63,902 nt of DNA, filler included, from Lenisia limosa (GCA_001655205.1; 6 parts of 6 records of this genome joined end to end with filler, not necessarily neighbours in it), one strand, 5' to 3'. Positions 1-15,121 are shown, counted from the first letter of the whole stretch. Program-made: numbers and translations. The notes: generated by a model not told the origin, from the sequence alone.

Positions 1-643
1 GCTGAAGAAAGGGATCCGAAAGAGGTCAAAAAATAGACCCCACGTTATGTGTCATATGCTGAATGGGGAAGGTTTGACACCTATTCCAAGACCTCTACAG
101 CTTCTATCTCAATATACTATATCATAATACCTAACCTAATATCATGATTGTGTATTAGAATGTAGTTAATAAAAAAGGACGGAAAAAACTGATAAAACTG
201 CTCTGTATAAGAGTAGTAGAAGCATTTGTAAATGGGGGAGAAACGCATAAATTCTTTTGTTTCCAAAAACGAACAAAGGGAATCCGGGACTCGGTCCATT
301 GTGATTTGTCCCTTCCCTCCCATCATCATCATTGTCATTCTAACCTTTGAAGAGCGAGTTGAAGTCAACCATCTGGAAGCTGTTCGAGTGTTTCTGTCTG
401 TTTGTTCTCTTCCTTTCCTCCTTTCACTAGAATTCAGTAGACACTCAGTCAGTAAATCAATAGAGCAGTAAGAGGCCCTGTAGAGGCAAGAATTGGTTGT
501 AAAAGGGAAGGATATAAAGGGTAGGAAAACACGGATTGTTTACCTGGTCGCTTGGGGTCGTTTCCTCCTCTTTTGCTTGCTAAACTATTGTTTATTTGTT
601 ATTTCTGAAGTGGTGAAGTAGTTTTTACAAGGCCAGTATCGAG

Positions 644-3600
644 ATGAGTGATTCCTCTAAGGGCTACACCCTTCCTTGGGTCGAAAAATACCGCCCTGTT
701 GATATGAATGATATTATCGGCAATGAAGAGACCGTTCAAAGACTCAGAGTAATCGCAACCCAGGGTAATATGCCAAACCTAGTGATCTCGGTGAGGGAGA
801 GTGTTTCCTTGGGCTACTGTCGCTTCATTGAAGTTAATCATGTGTTTCTTCTTTGTTCGTTTGCTCCTATCTTTCTTCAAACTCTTCCTTACTGCTTCTC
901 TTCCATTACAATCTGATATGGACAACACACTCTGGTTCTCAGTTTGCTACTTATTGATGAATGAAAGGACCGGTTAATATTCATATTGATGGTCATAAAA
1001 AGGTGCTTTGTACTTTCTTTCAGTGGAAGTTGATGGGACCATTATTACCACGCTTTTTTTTAATGATGTTTTGTTTGTGGTCTTTTGTTCTTCTATTATT
1101 TGATGGTGTGAACGGTTTTATGATATGATATTGTCTTTTTAAAGCCCTCTCCTATTGTGATACCCTCTACATATATCATCTTGTCTTATTGATAGTATTG
1201 CTCGTTTACTTCCCATTTCCACATGTCTTATTAGGACTCCTCAGTATATATTATATTCTGTTTATGGTACCCCTACGTTTATTTGCCCTATAGTATTACT
1301 CCATTTACACTTATTACATATTCTTTGTTAATATCCCATTTGCACAAGTTGTCTTATTGACGGTTCAAGGGGCCTCCCGGAATCGGTAAAACAACCTCGG
1401 TGCATTGTGTTGCACGCACAATGCTTGGAAACGCCTACAAAGACGCCGTGCTTGAGCTGAACGCCTCCGATGACAGGTGTGTGTGGCCGGGAGGGATTTG
1501 GTGCTTTTTACCGTTTTACCATTCCTTTTCGGGAGGGTAGAGGGGGTATGTCATGAAATATGGCACGATTTATAATTTATAATGAAATATAATGAGAAAA
1601 GTAATGAGAATGTACACTGACCACGATAAGTCCTGACACAGATATTGAGAGCTTTATCATGAGTCATCGTCTCAGGACTTCGCAATCAGCGTTTTTTTGT
1701 GTATTTTTTATGAATAAGATTGTCAAAGGCTTCTTCATCTTATCTTGTCTCATGTTCATCTTATCTTATCTTCATGTTCAAGTAGCAGTTCATTTCAATT
1801 ATAATTGAATCTCTGACATTCTTCGAGCCCTTCATTTCCCCTCGCCTCATGACCCCTAGGGCAATTGGAGTGGTTCGAAACAAGATCAAGTCTTTTGCGC
1901 AGAAGAAGGTGACCCTCCCTGCAGGTCATCATAAGATCATCATTTTGGACGAAGCTGACTCGTGGGCTGGGTTGGATCGTCTCACATAGTATAGTCTCCA
2001 TACATTTTGCATATTTTGATCTACATACATGTATATCTAATATATAATATTTAGGGATTCCCTACTGTCACATCAAGACGGAATTTCTCGATAAATCCTC
2101 GATAAATATCTATATTTGACCGGTCTTTTTCGGACAATAGGGAAGTCCTTAATTATTAGATAATAGCATGTCACTTTTTATCTCGATACATTTCATATCG
2201 ATATTACAACACCTCTTTTGAACCGAAAATAATATATGATAGTATTTTTTTATTGTTTGTTGATTCTTTGAGCTTGGATTTCCTCTTTTATACGTTGTTT
2301 AATATTGCCACCAACAAACTCTTATTATTGTGATAGTTTGGACGGCTTCGACCAGATATTATTACCTTGTTTTATTTCTCATTTCTACATCAATTGCCCC
2401 CCCCCCCGGGCTGCCCACTAGGCCGTCTTCCAACTTTCCNNNNNNNNNNNNNNNNNNNNNNNNNNNNNNNNNNNNNNNNNNNNNNNNNNNNNNNNNNNNN
2501 NNNNNNNNNNNNNNNNACCCTCTAATCTGACTGATAGAATGACTCAAAGTGCACAACAAGCCCTCAGAAGAACAATGGAAATTTTCAGTTCAACCACGCG
2601 TTTTGCCTTAGCTTGCAATACCTCTGTAGGTTACTGGATCCCCCCCATATATTATACAATATTACGCTCCCCCTTCCGACCATTTCCGCCCAGAGAGGCC
2701 AGACCGGGGCAAAGAACTGGGGAGCGAGGGGGTGTGTCACATCCCAGTTTTCATTTTCATGTTAATATGCAATGGGATGCGGTGCTGCAGGAGCGAGTTT
2801 GTTTTCGTTGTTTTAAATCCTCGTGTGTTGCTAGCTACCAGAGTTTTTTTTTGGGATTACTTTTCTTTTGTTTCATTTTTACCACCCTAAAGTAAATTTT
2901 GGGCTTTTTTTTTATTTATTTAAAAGTGAATTTTCCAATTTTAATTAACCAACCCCCCAGTCCAAGATTATTGAGCCGATCCAATCACGATGCGCTATTC
3001 TGCGTTTTGCCCGTCTGGATGATGCCGAAATCCTCTTGAGACTGCAGGATATTATTAAGGCTGAGAACGTGTGTGGGGGTGGTGGTAGACAGACAAATAT
3101 CATGTACTTAGTATATGTATGCAGTTTATCATATGATAAATACATAGTAGTATATAGATTTACCCCCCNNNNNNNNNNNNNNNNNNNNNNNNNNNNNNNN
3201 NNNNNNNNNNNNNNNNNNNNNNNNNNNNNNNNNNNNNNNNNNNNNNNNNNNNNNNNNNNNNNNNNNNNNNNNNNNNNNNNNNNNNNNNNNNNNNNNNNNN
3301 NNNNNNNNNNNNNNNNNNNNNNNNNNNNNNNNNNNNNNNNNNNNNNNNNNNNNNNNNNNNNNNNNNNNNNNNNNNNNNNNNNNNNNNNTTTGTCAATTTT
3401 ACCCCCCCCCCCCTTGCAGGTCACGCACGATACCAAGGGGCTTGCAGCTATCCTCTTCACTGCTAATGGTGATATGCGTCAAGGTTTTTGGGAATGTTAT
3501 GTACCACGAGGGCTTCCCTACATTTCAAAAAAGACCGATAGAATATGGATATTTATCGAGTATTTATTGAGTTTTTATCGAGTCTTTATCGAGTAATTAT

Positions 3601-5238
3601 TGAATAGGTATCCAGAAAGTTTTTTTTTTTTTTTTTTTTTTTNNNNNNNNNNNNNNNNNNNNNNNNNNNNNNNNNNNNNNNNNNNNNNNNNNNNNNNNNN
3701 NNNNNNNNNNNNNNNNNNNNNNCCCGTTTGTTTCATAAATTTCCCAATTTCACCCCTCAGCCATCAACAACTTACAAGCAACCTTTACGGGCTTCGGCCA
3801 CGTCTCTGCTGAGAACGTCTACAAAGTGTGCGACCAACCACATCCCAATATCATCTCGTGAGCTAGGCCTTATCCGACCCTTTGGTTCTAAATTTCGTGT
3901 GTATTTCTCTAATAATACCTGTTATGAGTAGCCCACAAACCGTAATTGTTAAAGACGATGCTGTACAATTTTGGGGCATTTTGAATTTTAAATCTGTAAT
4001 ATTGAAAATTAACAGTAATTTCCTGAAACAATACTAGTATAAGGTGCCCAACAATATGGTATAAGAAGTACCAAAACTATGGCAGAATTAGTACCAACTA
4101 TGGCAGAATAAGTACCAGAATAAGTACCAACTATGGCATAAGAAGCACTCAACACTAACATAAATAAACTACGAAACGCCAAACAGTAAGATATAAGATA
4201 TAGGAAGTACAAAACAATAAAGATAACAAGCACCAATCTGTGACCTTTGTAGTGATGCTGTGAAGGCCATGCTCAGCAACGACGTCGATACCGCTCATAT
4301 GCGCGTCAAGCAGCTTTGGGACCTTGGTGTGGGGGGTGGTGTGTGAAGGGGAAAACTTGGGGTGTGGGTATGTAATGGGGAGATACGACTTAGTATACAT
4401 TTCTGCTGTGGCCAGCTTCATTCAGAATTGTATTTTCATTANNNNNNNNNNNNNNNNNNNNNNNNNNNNNNNNNNNNNNNNNNNNNNNNNNNNNNNNNNN
4501 NNNNNNNNNNNNNNNNNNNNNNNNNNNNNNNNNNNNNNNNNNNNNNNNNNNNNNNNNNNNTTTTATTATTTCGCCATGTTTCTTATTTTCATAAATTTAT
4601 GCTTTAGGGTATTCATCAGAAGACATTTTGAAGACCTTATTCCGCGTTATAAAGTCCTATGATATGGCCGAGGGAGCCAAACTGAAGATGTTGCGACAAA
4701 ATGCCGAGACCCATTTGAGGTGAGTTGGGACTCTGTTTTTGAAGCGTTTGAGGTTTGGTTATGTTCAATATGCGTTGTGCATATATTCAAGTTTTACATT
4801 TGTTATCATATAAGATTGAGAGAGGTATGCTATCATTGACGATTACATTTCTATTTCCGTTTTTTCAGAGCAAGTAAATGCAAAAAATTGATATACAATC
4901 TGCGGAAACACGAAATTACATAGGGATACCAATAAATACCGGTAATCACTCAAATAATACCAAGTCTCGTATTTGAATGGCACTCGTCAACTCGCGACGG
5001 GACTTGTTTCCGTACTATTAGCGGGATCCCAACGATCTTTCACTCAAAAGTTGTACATCATATCTTGGGCTTCCCTACAGTCCCAAAAAAAGACCGAATC
5101 TCTCAATTTATTCCTTCCAGGGTGGTGCAGGGGCAGACAACCTTCCTGCAACTCTCGGGTCTCGTCGCAAGGTTGTGCATGGCTGCTAATCCCGCGGCTT
5201 ACCCGGAGTTCCACCTGGGCTATAGTTTTAAGAGATAG
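644..5238 (+). CDS. RFC2: Replication factor C small subunit (human RFC2 / yeast Rfc4), 10 exons, complete
   Basis: Spliced GT-AG exons give [27 protein letters not shown]|[10 protein letters not shown] (Walker A)..LELNASDDR|..[10 protein letters not shown]|[22 protein letters not shown]|[16 protein letters not shown]..|..[19 protein letters not shown]..|GYSSEDI..|..[17 protein letters not shown] at 644, TAG at 5236-5238. Confidence 0.95.
4066..4145 (+). repeat. Minisatellite in an RFC intron
   Basis: Repeated agtaccaactatggcagaata-like units. Confidence 0.6.
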
Positions 5239-5849
5239 GCTTGTGTGAGTGTGTTATGGTGATGGCAATGTATGATTTGTACAGTAGAAGTCTTTTGGGG
5301 GATGTGACGTTACAAATGGACTGAACTTTGGGGTGTGGAGTTTCATTTTTGGTTCAAATATATAATATGTATAATGTATATAATACATATCTATACTATA
5401 TAGATATATGTCATATATATATCGCAATGAGAAATAAAAATAATAATGTATCTGGCCGAAGCTGTCCACACCATCACGCTTATTAGAGATATTGGATTAT
5501 AATATCATATAAATTCACCCAATCATTGCCCCAAAAATATAGGTATTTGTTTTTTGATGTAGTACTGCATCTAGAGGATATTTTCAAAATTCAGTCCTTT
5601 TCTTGGAATGATGTGAGGCTCCGATTTAGTTAGTCTCAGATTCCAAACTTGAAAACCTGAGTTTCCTAATGTACAACCTGCTACAATCCAAAATGCTCAA
5701 GAGCAAAGAAATTTTTGAAAAACATGAACTGACATATTGAAGTTTTGGCGGACATTGTTTGTGAGCTTTGAAATACCATTGAATATAATTTGCCACTTTT
5801 GAGTCGATTATTATTATATCAATTACTCTCGCCTGGTTACAACAAGATT

Positions 5850-5985
5850 CACTACGGCACGTCGACTTGGAATTCTTGTACAAAACATGGGTATTCCCAT
5901 CTTTTACATGGGAATCCCATGGAATTGATGGAAATTTAAAGAAATCTATTGGAACCAATTAATCCCAAGTCCATGCGCCGTAGTG
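5850..5985. mobile_element. CACTA (EnSpm/CMC)-like MITE
   Basis: Termini CACTACGGCAC...GCGCCGTAGTG, flanked by TT/TT. Related 3' ends (gccgtagtg after gggat(t/c)ccc-rich interiors) occur at 9504, 9541 and 11499. Confidence 0.7.
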
Positions 5986-6583
5986 TTATTTCCATTGTTG
6001 AATACTTCTAAAAAATAACACGAAACTTGGAATATACTACAACTAGAATAACCCGAACGATTGGGTGTAAAAATTGACGCTAGTGCAAGGAGGAATAGTA
6101 TATCAGATATTTATCAATTCGCAAGAATAGAGTAGATGATATGCATTTACCTCCTAGATTGACACCTGACCCGAGATAATATAACAGGACGCATTCTACA
6201 TCCTGTTGTTTATCGCTTCGAACCATCTTCGAGCAGTGTCTCATACACTCATTCTCACATAGTTTTATATTGGAATGTTCCAGAAGGATCATCACAACTT
6301 ACCAAAAACGGAAATATGGCTCCAATCGGTATTCCTATTCACCTTTTTCATCGCTTTTAGCCTTTTTGTCTTTAGTATTAGATTACTATTTATATTGTGA
6401 GAATTAGATTTAGGTTCCTGAATAGGAAAGTAGTATGGTGGGCAACTCTCCGCTCCCCAAAAAACCTGACACCTCACTCAGTGGGTAGTGATTGTATGGA
6501 AACTCTTGTTGTGATATTGCATCTGAGGAAATACCCAAGGATGCTCATGTAATGGGATCTTGCTGTGTATATTGACAACGTAG

Positions 6584-6672
6584 TGGAGCTTCACTTTCGG
6601 TTCAGAAACACCTGTAAAATATCGATATTTATCGAAAATTCACTCTTTTTTGGAATTGAAAGTGAAGTTCTA
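6584..6672. mobile_element. hAT-like MITE family A copy
   Basis: tggagcttcac..gtgaagttcta, with 8-bp flanks caacgtag/caaaatag. Confidence 0.7.
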
Positions 6673-8588
6673 CAAAATAGTGTAAGTTTAGTGCTTTTTT
6701 CGAAATTACACTCGAAAAACACTCAACTAGAACACTTTCATAATGGTATGAAGTTCACATTTTTAGTGCCTCAGCGAGGTGTAAGCTCTGAAGATGACCT
6801 AGTTTATTCCCCAGTGTGTGTTGGTTAAGCGAGGTTATGACCAAATTAACCATTTTGTTGAATCTCACATTTACATCTTCACAAATCATGTTTCATTCCA
6901 GCTTAGTTCACCATTGTTTCAACGATCTGCGAGAGAATCAACAGGTAGTCCTATGATTCACTCACCAGTATTTCAATATCAAAGTAGTTTATCTTTTAGA
7001 TTCCCAGGTCAGGTCTAGACAACCCGTGCAACGTCATGCAAACCACAGGACTTTTCATCACGATGCAAAAATGGTTTGTCAGATTCTACCATCGATTATT
7101 TGAGAATATGATAATCTCAATTGAGGAGGGCTTGTGCATATCTTTTTGGAATTTGATGATGTGATGGCTTCGACCATATAGTACTCCTTTTCCTTTGTAT
7201 TTTTAATACTCATGTTATCACACAAATACTAAAATGGTTAATAAAAGTTAATATGGCCAATAATCTTTGTAAATGACCATTATAGGCTTCGTTTTTGTAC
7301 ACGCCATCAGAAACTGGTTGGTTTTACTTACGGCTTCTCTTCGTTTTATTAAAAGACTGAATTTCATGACAAAACTATCGATATTTTGCCGGTTTTTTCG
7401 AACTGAAGTGAAGCTCTAGTTTTTGAACAGAAACAACATAATATTTACTATTATTTCATAATTTTAGATTCTTCAGATTCCTCCGTTGCTGAAACCCATG
7501 AGAGATGTCATAAGAACCCTGTAAGCTGCCATTACTACATTTTCAGACCATTTGATTTTTGTACTCTAATTATTATTATATAATATTTGGTATTGTCATG
7601 TTAAACAATACAAGCTCAACCATTACGACCGCAGAACGCTGAGGCACTATCCTTCCCTTGGTCTCCTCGAAATTGGCTGCTGGAGTCTGTCACTGAGTCT
7701 TATAGGAGTATATCAGATATCTGTGGGTTCCTTTCTCCAATTCGACAACAGATAAAACACGCAAGAACTATACATGTAGTTAACAATGAGAAGTGGACTT
7801 TATCTAAAATCAAATAGTTACAATACGTTATAGACGCTTTTGTTATTATTTTCTCTCACAATTACAGTTCACGCTTCTGTTCATTTGCCTATTCAGGTCA
7901 GTTACTCAGTGAAATGTATACAAGATATAAGGTAAAATACTCTTCGGACACAGATGTTTGTAACAATTTGCATAGTTTCAGATGCTTGGGCAATTTGAAC
8001 AAAATTTATATATATGCCGTAATCTGTTGGTTGGAATAATATGGCCCAATTTACAGAATCACAGATGCTTGGAACAATTTGTGCAGGAGGAGCGACTGTA
8101 GCTGATGCCTCAATAGAAACACTGAGGACTTATACGGCTGTGAAAGTAGGCAGTCTTTTGGACCCAGTGTAATAATAGACAATGTTGCATTGAAGGTGAA
8201 AAATAAATATAATATATGAATATTTCTAACATCTCTAAATTAAGTTACAAAATTAGCTTTTTGAACAGTAATAATTTTTAGGTCAATAAAATCTTACAAG
8301 AGGACAAAATTACCAAATTGAAGGTACTGCAAGGCGTCTAATTGGAACTCTATCACATATTGGGGCTTTAAAATTTACTCTTAATTTAACTATATTAATA
8401 TTGAGTTGAGGGAAGGGGGGATGGCAACTTTGAGGAAAAGCTGGATCAAATGGTAACTTAATAGACGAGAAATACAACAAGTTATCAAGCCGAAGCCGTC
8501 NNNNNNNNNNNNNNNNNNNNNNNNNNNNNNNNNNNNNNNNNNNNNNNNNNNNNNNNNNNNNNNNNNNNNACGCTTCTCATCTTAGAGA

Positions 8589-11500
8589 TATTTGATTGAC
8601 TATATAGGAAAAGATGGATGCTGCTCTGACATACAAAGATTGGTGCGCAGCTGCTGAAAATCTAGATATAGCCACAGGTGACAGGAGGGCGCAATTTGAA
8701 AATGAAATAATTTTGAAGGAGACTAAGTGATAATACTGCAAAGTAGCTAATGCAGTATTTAAATGTACAAAATGGAATAAATTAAATTCAATATTCGACT
8801 TTAATTTATTCCATTTAGATTATTTCTCATTTTAGCAGATAATGAATGGTATTTTACTGTTTTTAGGTGCGATGGAATGGAGAAATGACCCTGAAGAGGC
8901 TTACGACTTCCATCATATCGAGTACATGGTCAAACGGATGGTAACGTTGAAAGGTTGGACATAATCAGCTATATCATTGCTTTGGAATTATTATCAGAAA
9001 TCAGTGTAATATAATTGTTTGAAAAATAATTGACAGAATTTGAAAACAAAGTCTCTGAAATGACGGTTCATCCCGAGTATATCAGGGTATCATTGAGACT
9101 TGTTGGTAAATTATCGGTCGAATGAATATCATTTCACAACTATGTCGAAAATGGTAGTTCATACGTGTGAACCAATTACCAAATACGTGATATGATGTTT
9201 TGGCTTACCAACTTGTAGAAAGGAGGCAGATGAAACACCTGATGTATTTCACGCGCTCAGGTTTGTTTTAGCAAATATTTAAGACTTGTCATTTCGATCC
9301 AGAAAATAACTGAAATTTTCGACAAATTATTGATATATATACTGATAGTTCAACGATCTTGTTCGTACTAGAGTGATGGTTAATAAATGATTGCTAAGAA
9401 GGGCTAGCATGTATGACTGAATATCAGCACTCTGAAAATGGGATGTGAAGAAATTTATGGGATTGCCAAACTATCTGGGGATCCCACGTCAGTGCGCCGT
9501 AGTGTGTACAACATGGGGATCCCAATTCCTGTGACGTAGTGTTGACCAGTCCTCAGAAGTTCGTCGTGATATCGGGGGAATCTTGCAGTCGTTCCTTCAT
9601 GAACAAGCTTTTAACGGAACAAAGAAGCTGATTCACAATTACACTGATGAGGTAAAAGGGGCATGGTGAAAGTGTCATGGATAAAAGTGTAATAACATAT
9701 AGTATGTAACTGTCTGAAAAAATCCTGTTCTGTTATAATCGCAAATTTTGAAGTGAGACATTATTCAATATTGATTGAAATGAGACCTATGAAGAAATTA
9801 ACTTGAGCATAAATGTAGTATGAATTATATTACAAGTTTTACAGGTGGTAGACTCGCTGTTTGAGATTTTGCACTGTCCAGAGTATGAAATGAGCGCAAT
9901 GACAAAGTTCAAGTTCTTCTATGAGCTCAGGTTTGACCTGTTTCTCTTATCATTTTTTGGGTCAACTATGCACGTGTACGATCATATCACTTTTCGAGTC
10001 TTTTTTACGAGTGTGAACTGTCATTGTCCACTCTTCTTGTTGGTTTTAATAGTGAAGATATTATGACTTGTTGGTATTAATTGAGAAGGCATTATGAATA
10101 TCTTAGCATATTGTCACTAATTATAATTTTTAATGTCAGAAATGGCTCTTGAATTGTATTATTTATTTGTATATTAATCGAATAAAGCAAATAGAAATCT
10201 AGGGTGTATTTCTTATTTTCTCAGGCAAATCCATTTTATTTCCTTTCCTCATCTCAGAAAATTCTTCGGCCTAATAATTTTATATATATTTCCCTTCTCT
10301 CATACTATTTCAGACAATGTTACGGACGTACAGCCCTCCTGCTGAGTGGCGGGGCAAGTTTTGGTGGGAGTTGGGTGCATGTTTCTTAGGTATATCGAAA
10401 ATTAGCTCAACAGCAATAGGGGTTTATCACGATAAGGTTTAGCAGAATTGGGGTTTATGACAATGTAATTTGACAAGTATAGGGGTGTATCACATTGGAG
10501 TAGTCAAGGCTCTCTTCGATTGTGATATGCTTCCTCGGATTATTTGCGGTTCCAGCGTAGGTTTACGTATAGTAAATATACTATGATATCTTACTATTTC
10601 ATATCATATATAATATATTTTATGAGTCAAAAGACATGGATCAATTATTACATTTAATCCAGTAGGTTGGAAGTATTATGGCGTCAGTGGTAGCTACTCG
10701 GACTATGTCGGAATTGGCAGTAGTACTGACAAGAACAAAGTTGGATCTTGTAAGTATATATGTACATGTGCATATAGATATGTCAAATCCAATATCTCTT
10801 CAAAGTGTGATGGTGTGGATGGCTTCGGCCAGATACAACCTTGATTGTTGTTTCTTATTGCTATATGATAGACTATATTCTATAGGGCTACAGAATAATG
10901 CGTACACCTCCTAGGTTGGCTAGAAAATAACTGTTTTTACCAGGACGCTTTGGATAGCTTCTCCCTTGTTGTGTTGCATTATTGCATACTCTGAAATTGT
11001 GCAATAAGGCCAACTAGTTTAAATTGCTTTCACTAACCGCAATTCCCCCTCCCCCAAAGCGANNNNNNNNNNNNNNNNNNNNNNNNNNNNNNNNNNNNNN
11101 NNNNNNNNNNNNNNNNNNNNNNNNNNNNNNNNNNNNNNNNNNNNNNNNNNNNNNNNNNNNNNNNNNNNNNNNNNNNNNNNNNNNNNNNNNNNNNNNNNNN
11201 TATTAAATTCATTTCTTATCAGTTGTTTGCCAGAAGAGTTGATTTTGTGCGTATTTTTGTTTCATAAATTTTAAAAATTTACCCACACCCCCATTAGGAT
11301 TGAGATTGAGGGCTTTGGAGAGGAATTTTCAGTGTGGCACTGTTTTCTTTCTTGGATAAATGATGGTAGGGGGGAAGGCGGGCTCTGCGCATCGGCTTGG
11401 GATTCCTTTGTTTGGAAACCCTATAAATGTATTATTTCCATAAAATTACATGGGATTCTTATGTAAAATACACAAATCCCAAGTGGGTGGGCCGTAGTGG

Positions 11501-14298
11501 AAGAAGAGGATAAGAAGTGGGATAATTAATACCTCCAATATGATCCAAAATTGTCAAGTTTCCTCTAAATATAATCCATATGCAAATACAATATGAACAT
11601 GAATTTCAGGATACGTCTCATATGATCTTTGAAATGACCTTAAAATCACCTTCAAGATACCTCTTTTCTTGGGACCCATTAATTACATCACCTTTATGTG
11701 AGTATCCATGTATTTTATAGACATCCGAATAAATTTTTGGGATTCTCAAATAGTAGGGCTTCATTTTTGAAAATGACCGGTAAATTATCGGTAGTTTTTA
11801 AGGATTTATCGAGAAATTCTGTCTTTTGAACCGAAATGAAGCCTTAAATATAACCCAAAAATGACAATTTTCAGGATACCTCTACGATCACGAAGCGTTG
11901 ATAGTGAGCGCTAAGAAGCTTGTCGGTAACTGGACATTTGCTGAAGCCTACCATAGGACTGGTGGGGAGGAAGTAACATAAGATTGCTGGAGTGGAGTTT
12001 ACCATGATTGGGGGGGGGGGGTTTCACTAGNNNNNNNNNNNNNNNNNNNNNNNNNNNNNNNNNNNNNNNNNNNNNNNNNNNNNNNACCAGTTAATTTCCA
12101 ATTTCTTGTAAAACTTATATTTACTCCCAGGTTTCCTGCAATAACCCCAATTTGACATCAGGTGCAGTCTAATTCCGACAGGCAGAATTCTGAACATTTC
12201 TGTGTGCACCGATCATAGAATGGAAATTCCTCGTCTTCTCAACTACCTCACATCCCCGCACGTTGTATGTTTCATGTCTTACTCACCTACATCGAACACT
12301 CTTATGTACTATGTTTTACGTTTACCCCCTGTGTGCTATTTTAACTACACCACATCCCCGCATGGGTATGTTTAACTGAATCAATCATACACCAACTTGG
12401 TACAGTGATATGGTACCTCAAATAAACTCGCTTGAGAATTGACCAACAAGTCTCAATGATACTCTGATACACTCGGGATGAACCTACGTGTTTTCCATTT
12501 CGACTTGAAAGTCGGCAATAGGAATCTCAAATAAATACATAAGGATACCATAACCTCATAGCAAATCGGTCAAGACTTATCCTGGTCACTGTAGATGATT
12601 TATTTTTTCATCTGATGGGGGGGGGGCAACTAGGACTTTACTGCGGTCCAAAAAAGATTGAAATTCTCGATAAATCCTCGATAAATATCGTATTTTACTG
12701 GTCTTTTTCGGACCATAGGAAGCCCTAATGACAACATTCAACGTCATTTAATTAAAATTAGGGCCCTTGTATATACAGCTATACTAGTAATATATAGTAT
12801 GCATAGCTATATCATTATAAAGTGTATAGGATATGGGTAATCGTTTCAGCTCATTTGGAGTGCCGTTGTAGCGTCTGCCTCCTTTCCTGGTCTTTATCCC
12901 CCGGCTGATATTCTCTGTCGCGACGAGTTCGAAAATGAAGTTCCATACATTTCGCCAGGTATTTAGATGATGAGATTCTGTAGCAAAGACGACAAACTCT
13001 GTTTCATCCCTGCATATTATCCCTGCGTTTTATTGCAGTTTATGATGAAATTAGAGTTTTGCATTTTTGATGAAATCTTGTAAATTTTGAAAATAATTAT
13101 TTCAGGTTCCAGAACCAAATGGAGTGATGGGACAATTGAAAGTGATCTTCCAATGAACAAACTGAGGGAAATTTTTAATGTGAATCACTTTGTTTGAGGG
13201 GAATCTCAACTTTTTCATAAAAATATCCGCGCAGTAGTGTATATAGCAATGAGAAATACAAAAAGTTACGCTTATATAGTGTAATTCACCCATCATTTGC
13301 TTGACAACTCTGTCCAGCATGGAAACTTCTCATACTATCTGCAAAATTCTTGGTTTGAACTCGAATTAACATATTATATCACGCTTTTGAAGAAAAAAGA
13401 AGGTTAAACAGGATTTTTAATTAATTTCATTGTGTTTTCCAAGACGTTGAATTTCTAACATAATTTTGTGAAAAGTCATGGTGTTTAACATTTCTTGATC
13501 GACAAGATTGTCTCCCAAGTGAACCCCCACATTATTCCATTTATCTACCCGAAGCCTTCTCATAACCGAGTAAGATTGAATGTAAAAAAGGGAGATTTGT
13601 TGGACTTTTTTCATTTCAGTAATAATTAAATTGCAAAAATATTGAAGCGTGACATATTGTAAATCAAACTCAATTTCAACACTTTAATTTCAAATAATTA
13701 TTTTCTTTTCATGAAGGCTTAATTTGTTTGTCCTTATTAAAGAAAGCTATTGTAATTTGTATTTATCAGAGAACATTGAAGGGGAAAATAACGCAGGCAT
13801 GCTGTTCCGAGTGGAGGCATTTGATGCTACAGGTAGGAGGATTAGTGGGGACTCTATTGGGGGAATGAAAAGGGGGGACTAGTTGGGGAAATACATGAAG
13901 GTTGAATAGACCGCATAGTGATGATGTATATAATGAATAAGGGTTGGGGGTTAGTTTGCGGGGGTAGGGATGGAAATAGGTCGAATAAGGGGACGTTTGT
14001 GGATTAGAGTGGAAAAGGTCGATTGAAAAAAGGATTGAGGAGGAAATAATGGATTATGAATTTGATAAGGTGGGAAGCTCTGGAAATTAAAGGGGTGCTT
14101 GGTAACAAGTAACATTTTTATAAATTGATCTCATCTGTATTCTATGAATGAGTTGAATTTAAGACACAGTCATTTTCAATTCAACCATATAGCGACAGAT
14201 TGATATTATTAAGTTGTAGTGCTCCGCTCTGGACTGGTTTGGCCTCGGTTATTACCTCAGTAAACCCATGGACGCTGTACTTACACAGAAATATGAAG
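8589..14298 (+). CDS. Patatin-domain triacylglycerol lipase, SDP1/TGL3-4 family; many exons, 3' end cut by contig end, start not resolved
   Basis: Exons read [25 protein letters not shown]|[22 protein letters not shown] (GxSxG nucleophile motif), [10 protein letters not shown]|[59 protein letters not shown]|IVSQVNPH and LTQKYEG. Candidate upstream exons lie near 8066-8145 and 8290-8324. Confidence 0.88.
12455..12525 (+). repeat. Dispersed repeat (gatactctgatacactcgggatgaacc family)
   Basis: A near-identical segment is at about 21838, with reverse-complement copies at about 9060 and 56525. Confidence 0.65.
12631..12727. mobile_element. hAT-like MITE family A copy
   Basis: taggactttac..ggaagcccta, with 8-bp flanks ggggcaac/atgacaac. 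Confidence 0.65.
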
Positions 14299-14444
14299 GT
14301 TTGTATATAGAGTGAGCTTGACAAATTGGCTTAGTGGCCCCCAAACTGAGGATTTTGACTTGGCCAACATCATGGTGAGGTCATTGCTTACCATTGTATA
14401 TGCCTGTTCCGGTAAACCCTAGAAGACCTTAGATAAAAATCTAG

Positions 14445-14544
14445 NNNNNNNNNNNNNNNNNNNNNNNNNNNNNNNNNNNNNNNNNNNNTTAATTAATTAA
14501 NNNNNNNNNNNNNNNNNNNNNNNNNNNNNNNNNNNNNNNNNNNN
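14445..14544. other. Artificial contig linker
   Basis: N44-TTAATTAATTAA-N44, with stops in all six frames. Confidence 0.97.
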
Positions 14545-15121
14545 GCTCAGCACAGCCTCTTGACGACCTTCCCGACCAGGACTTACTGAGGGAGCACTAT
14601 CGACAGAATAATCCGATTTCACCATCTCTAAGGTGGGTGATACTTAAAATGAAATACGAATAGGGGGAGTGGGGTGATGGTTGAGTGTTAGCTTTGAGTT
14701 TCTCCGATAATTAGTTCAAAATGTACTTATTAAACATTTTGTGATTTCACTCATACTAGAAGGAACATCTCCACTGTGAATGCCGTGTCTCTATCCCCGC
14801 GATCCCCAAACTGGTATCGTCAGCAGAAAAATTAGCAGAGCGGTCACTTTTTGCGTTTGTTTGTTTGCTTCTTTTGTTTTGTTTGGCTTTAGTTATACAT
14901 TTGATCATGGTTTTTTTGAGTGGGTTTGCATGGTTCATCAGAGTACTATTTAAAAACAGTTTGTTAAAGACTAGAAACATATGTTCGTACTCAGACTCTG
15001 ATGTAATTTCCTCATGTTTCAGTTCTGGTCACGGGGCAAGTATCACCTCAGCCAGGCATGCCTCTCAAGAACCCTGATCATGCCGGTCGGTTTTGTTAAT
15101 TGCGGGGTTTCACCCCTCAGT

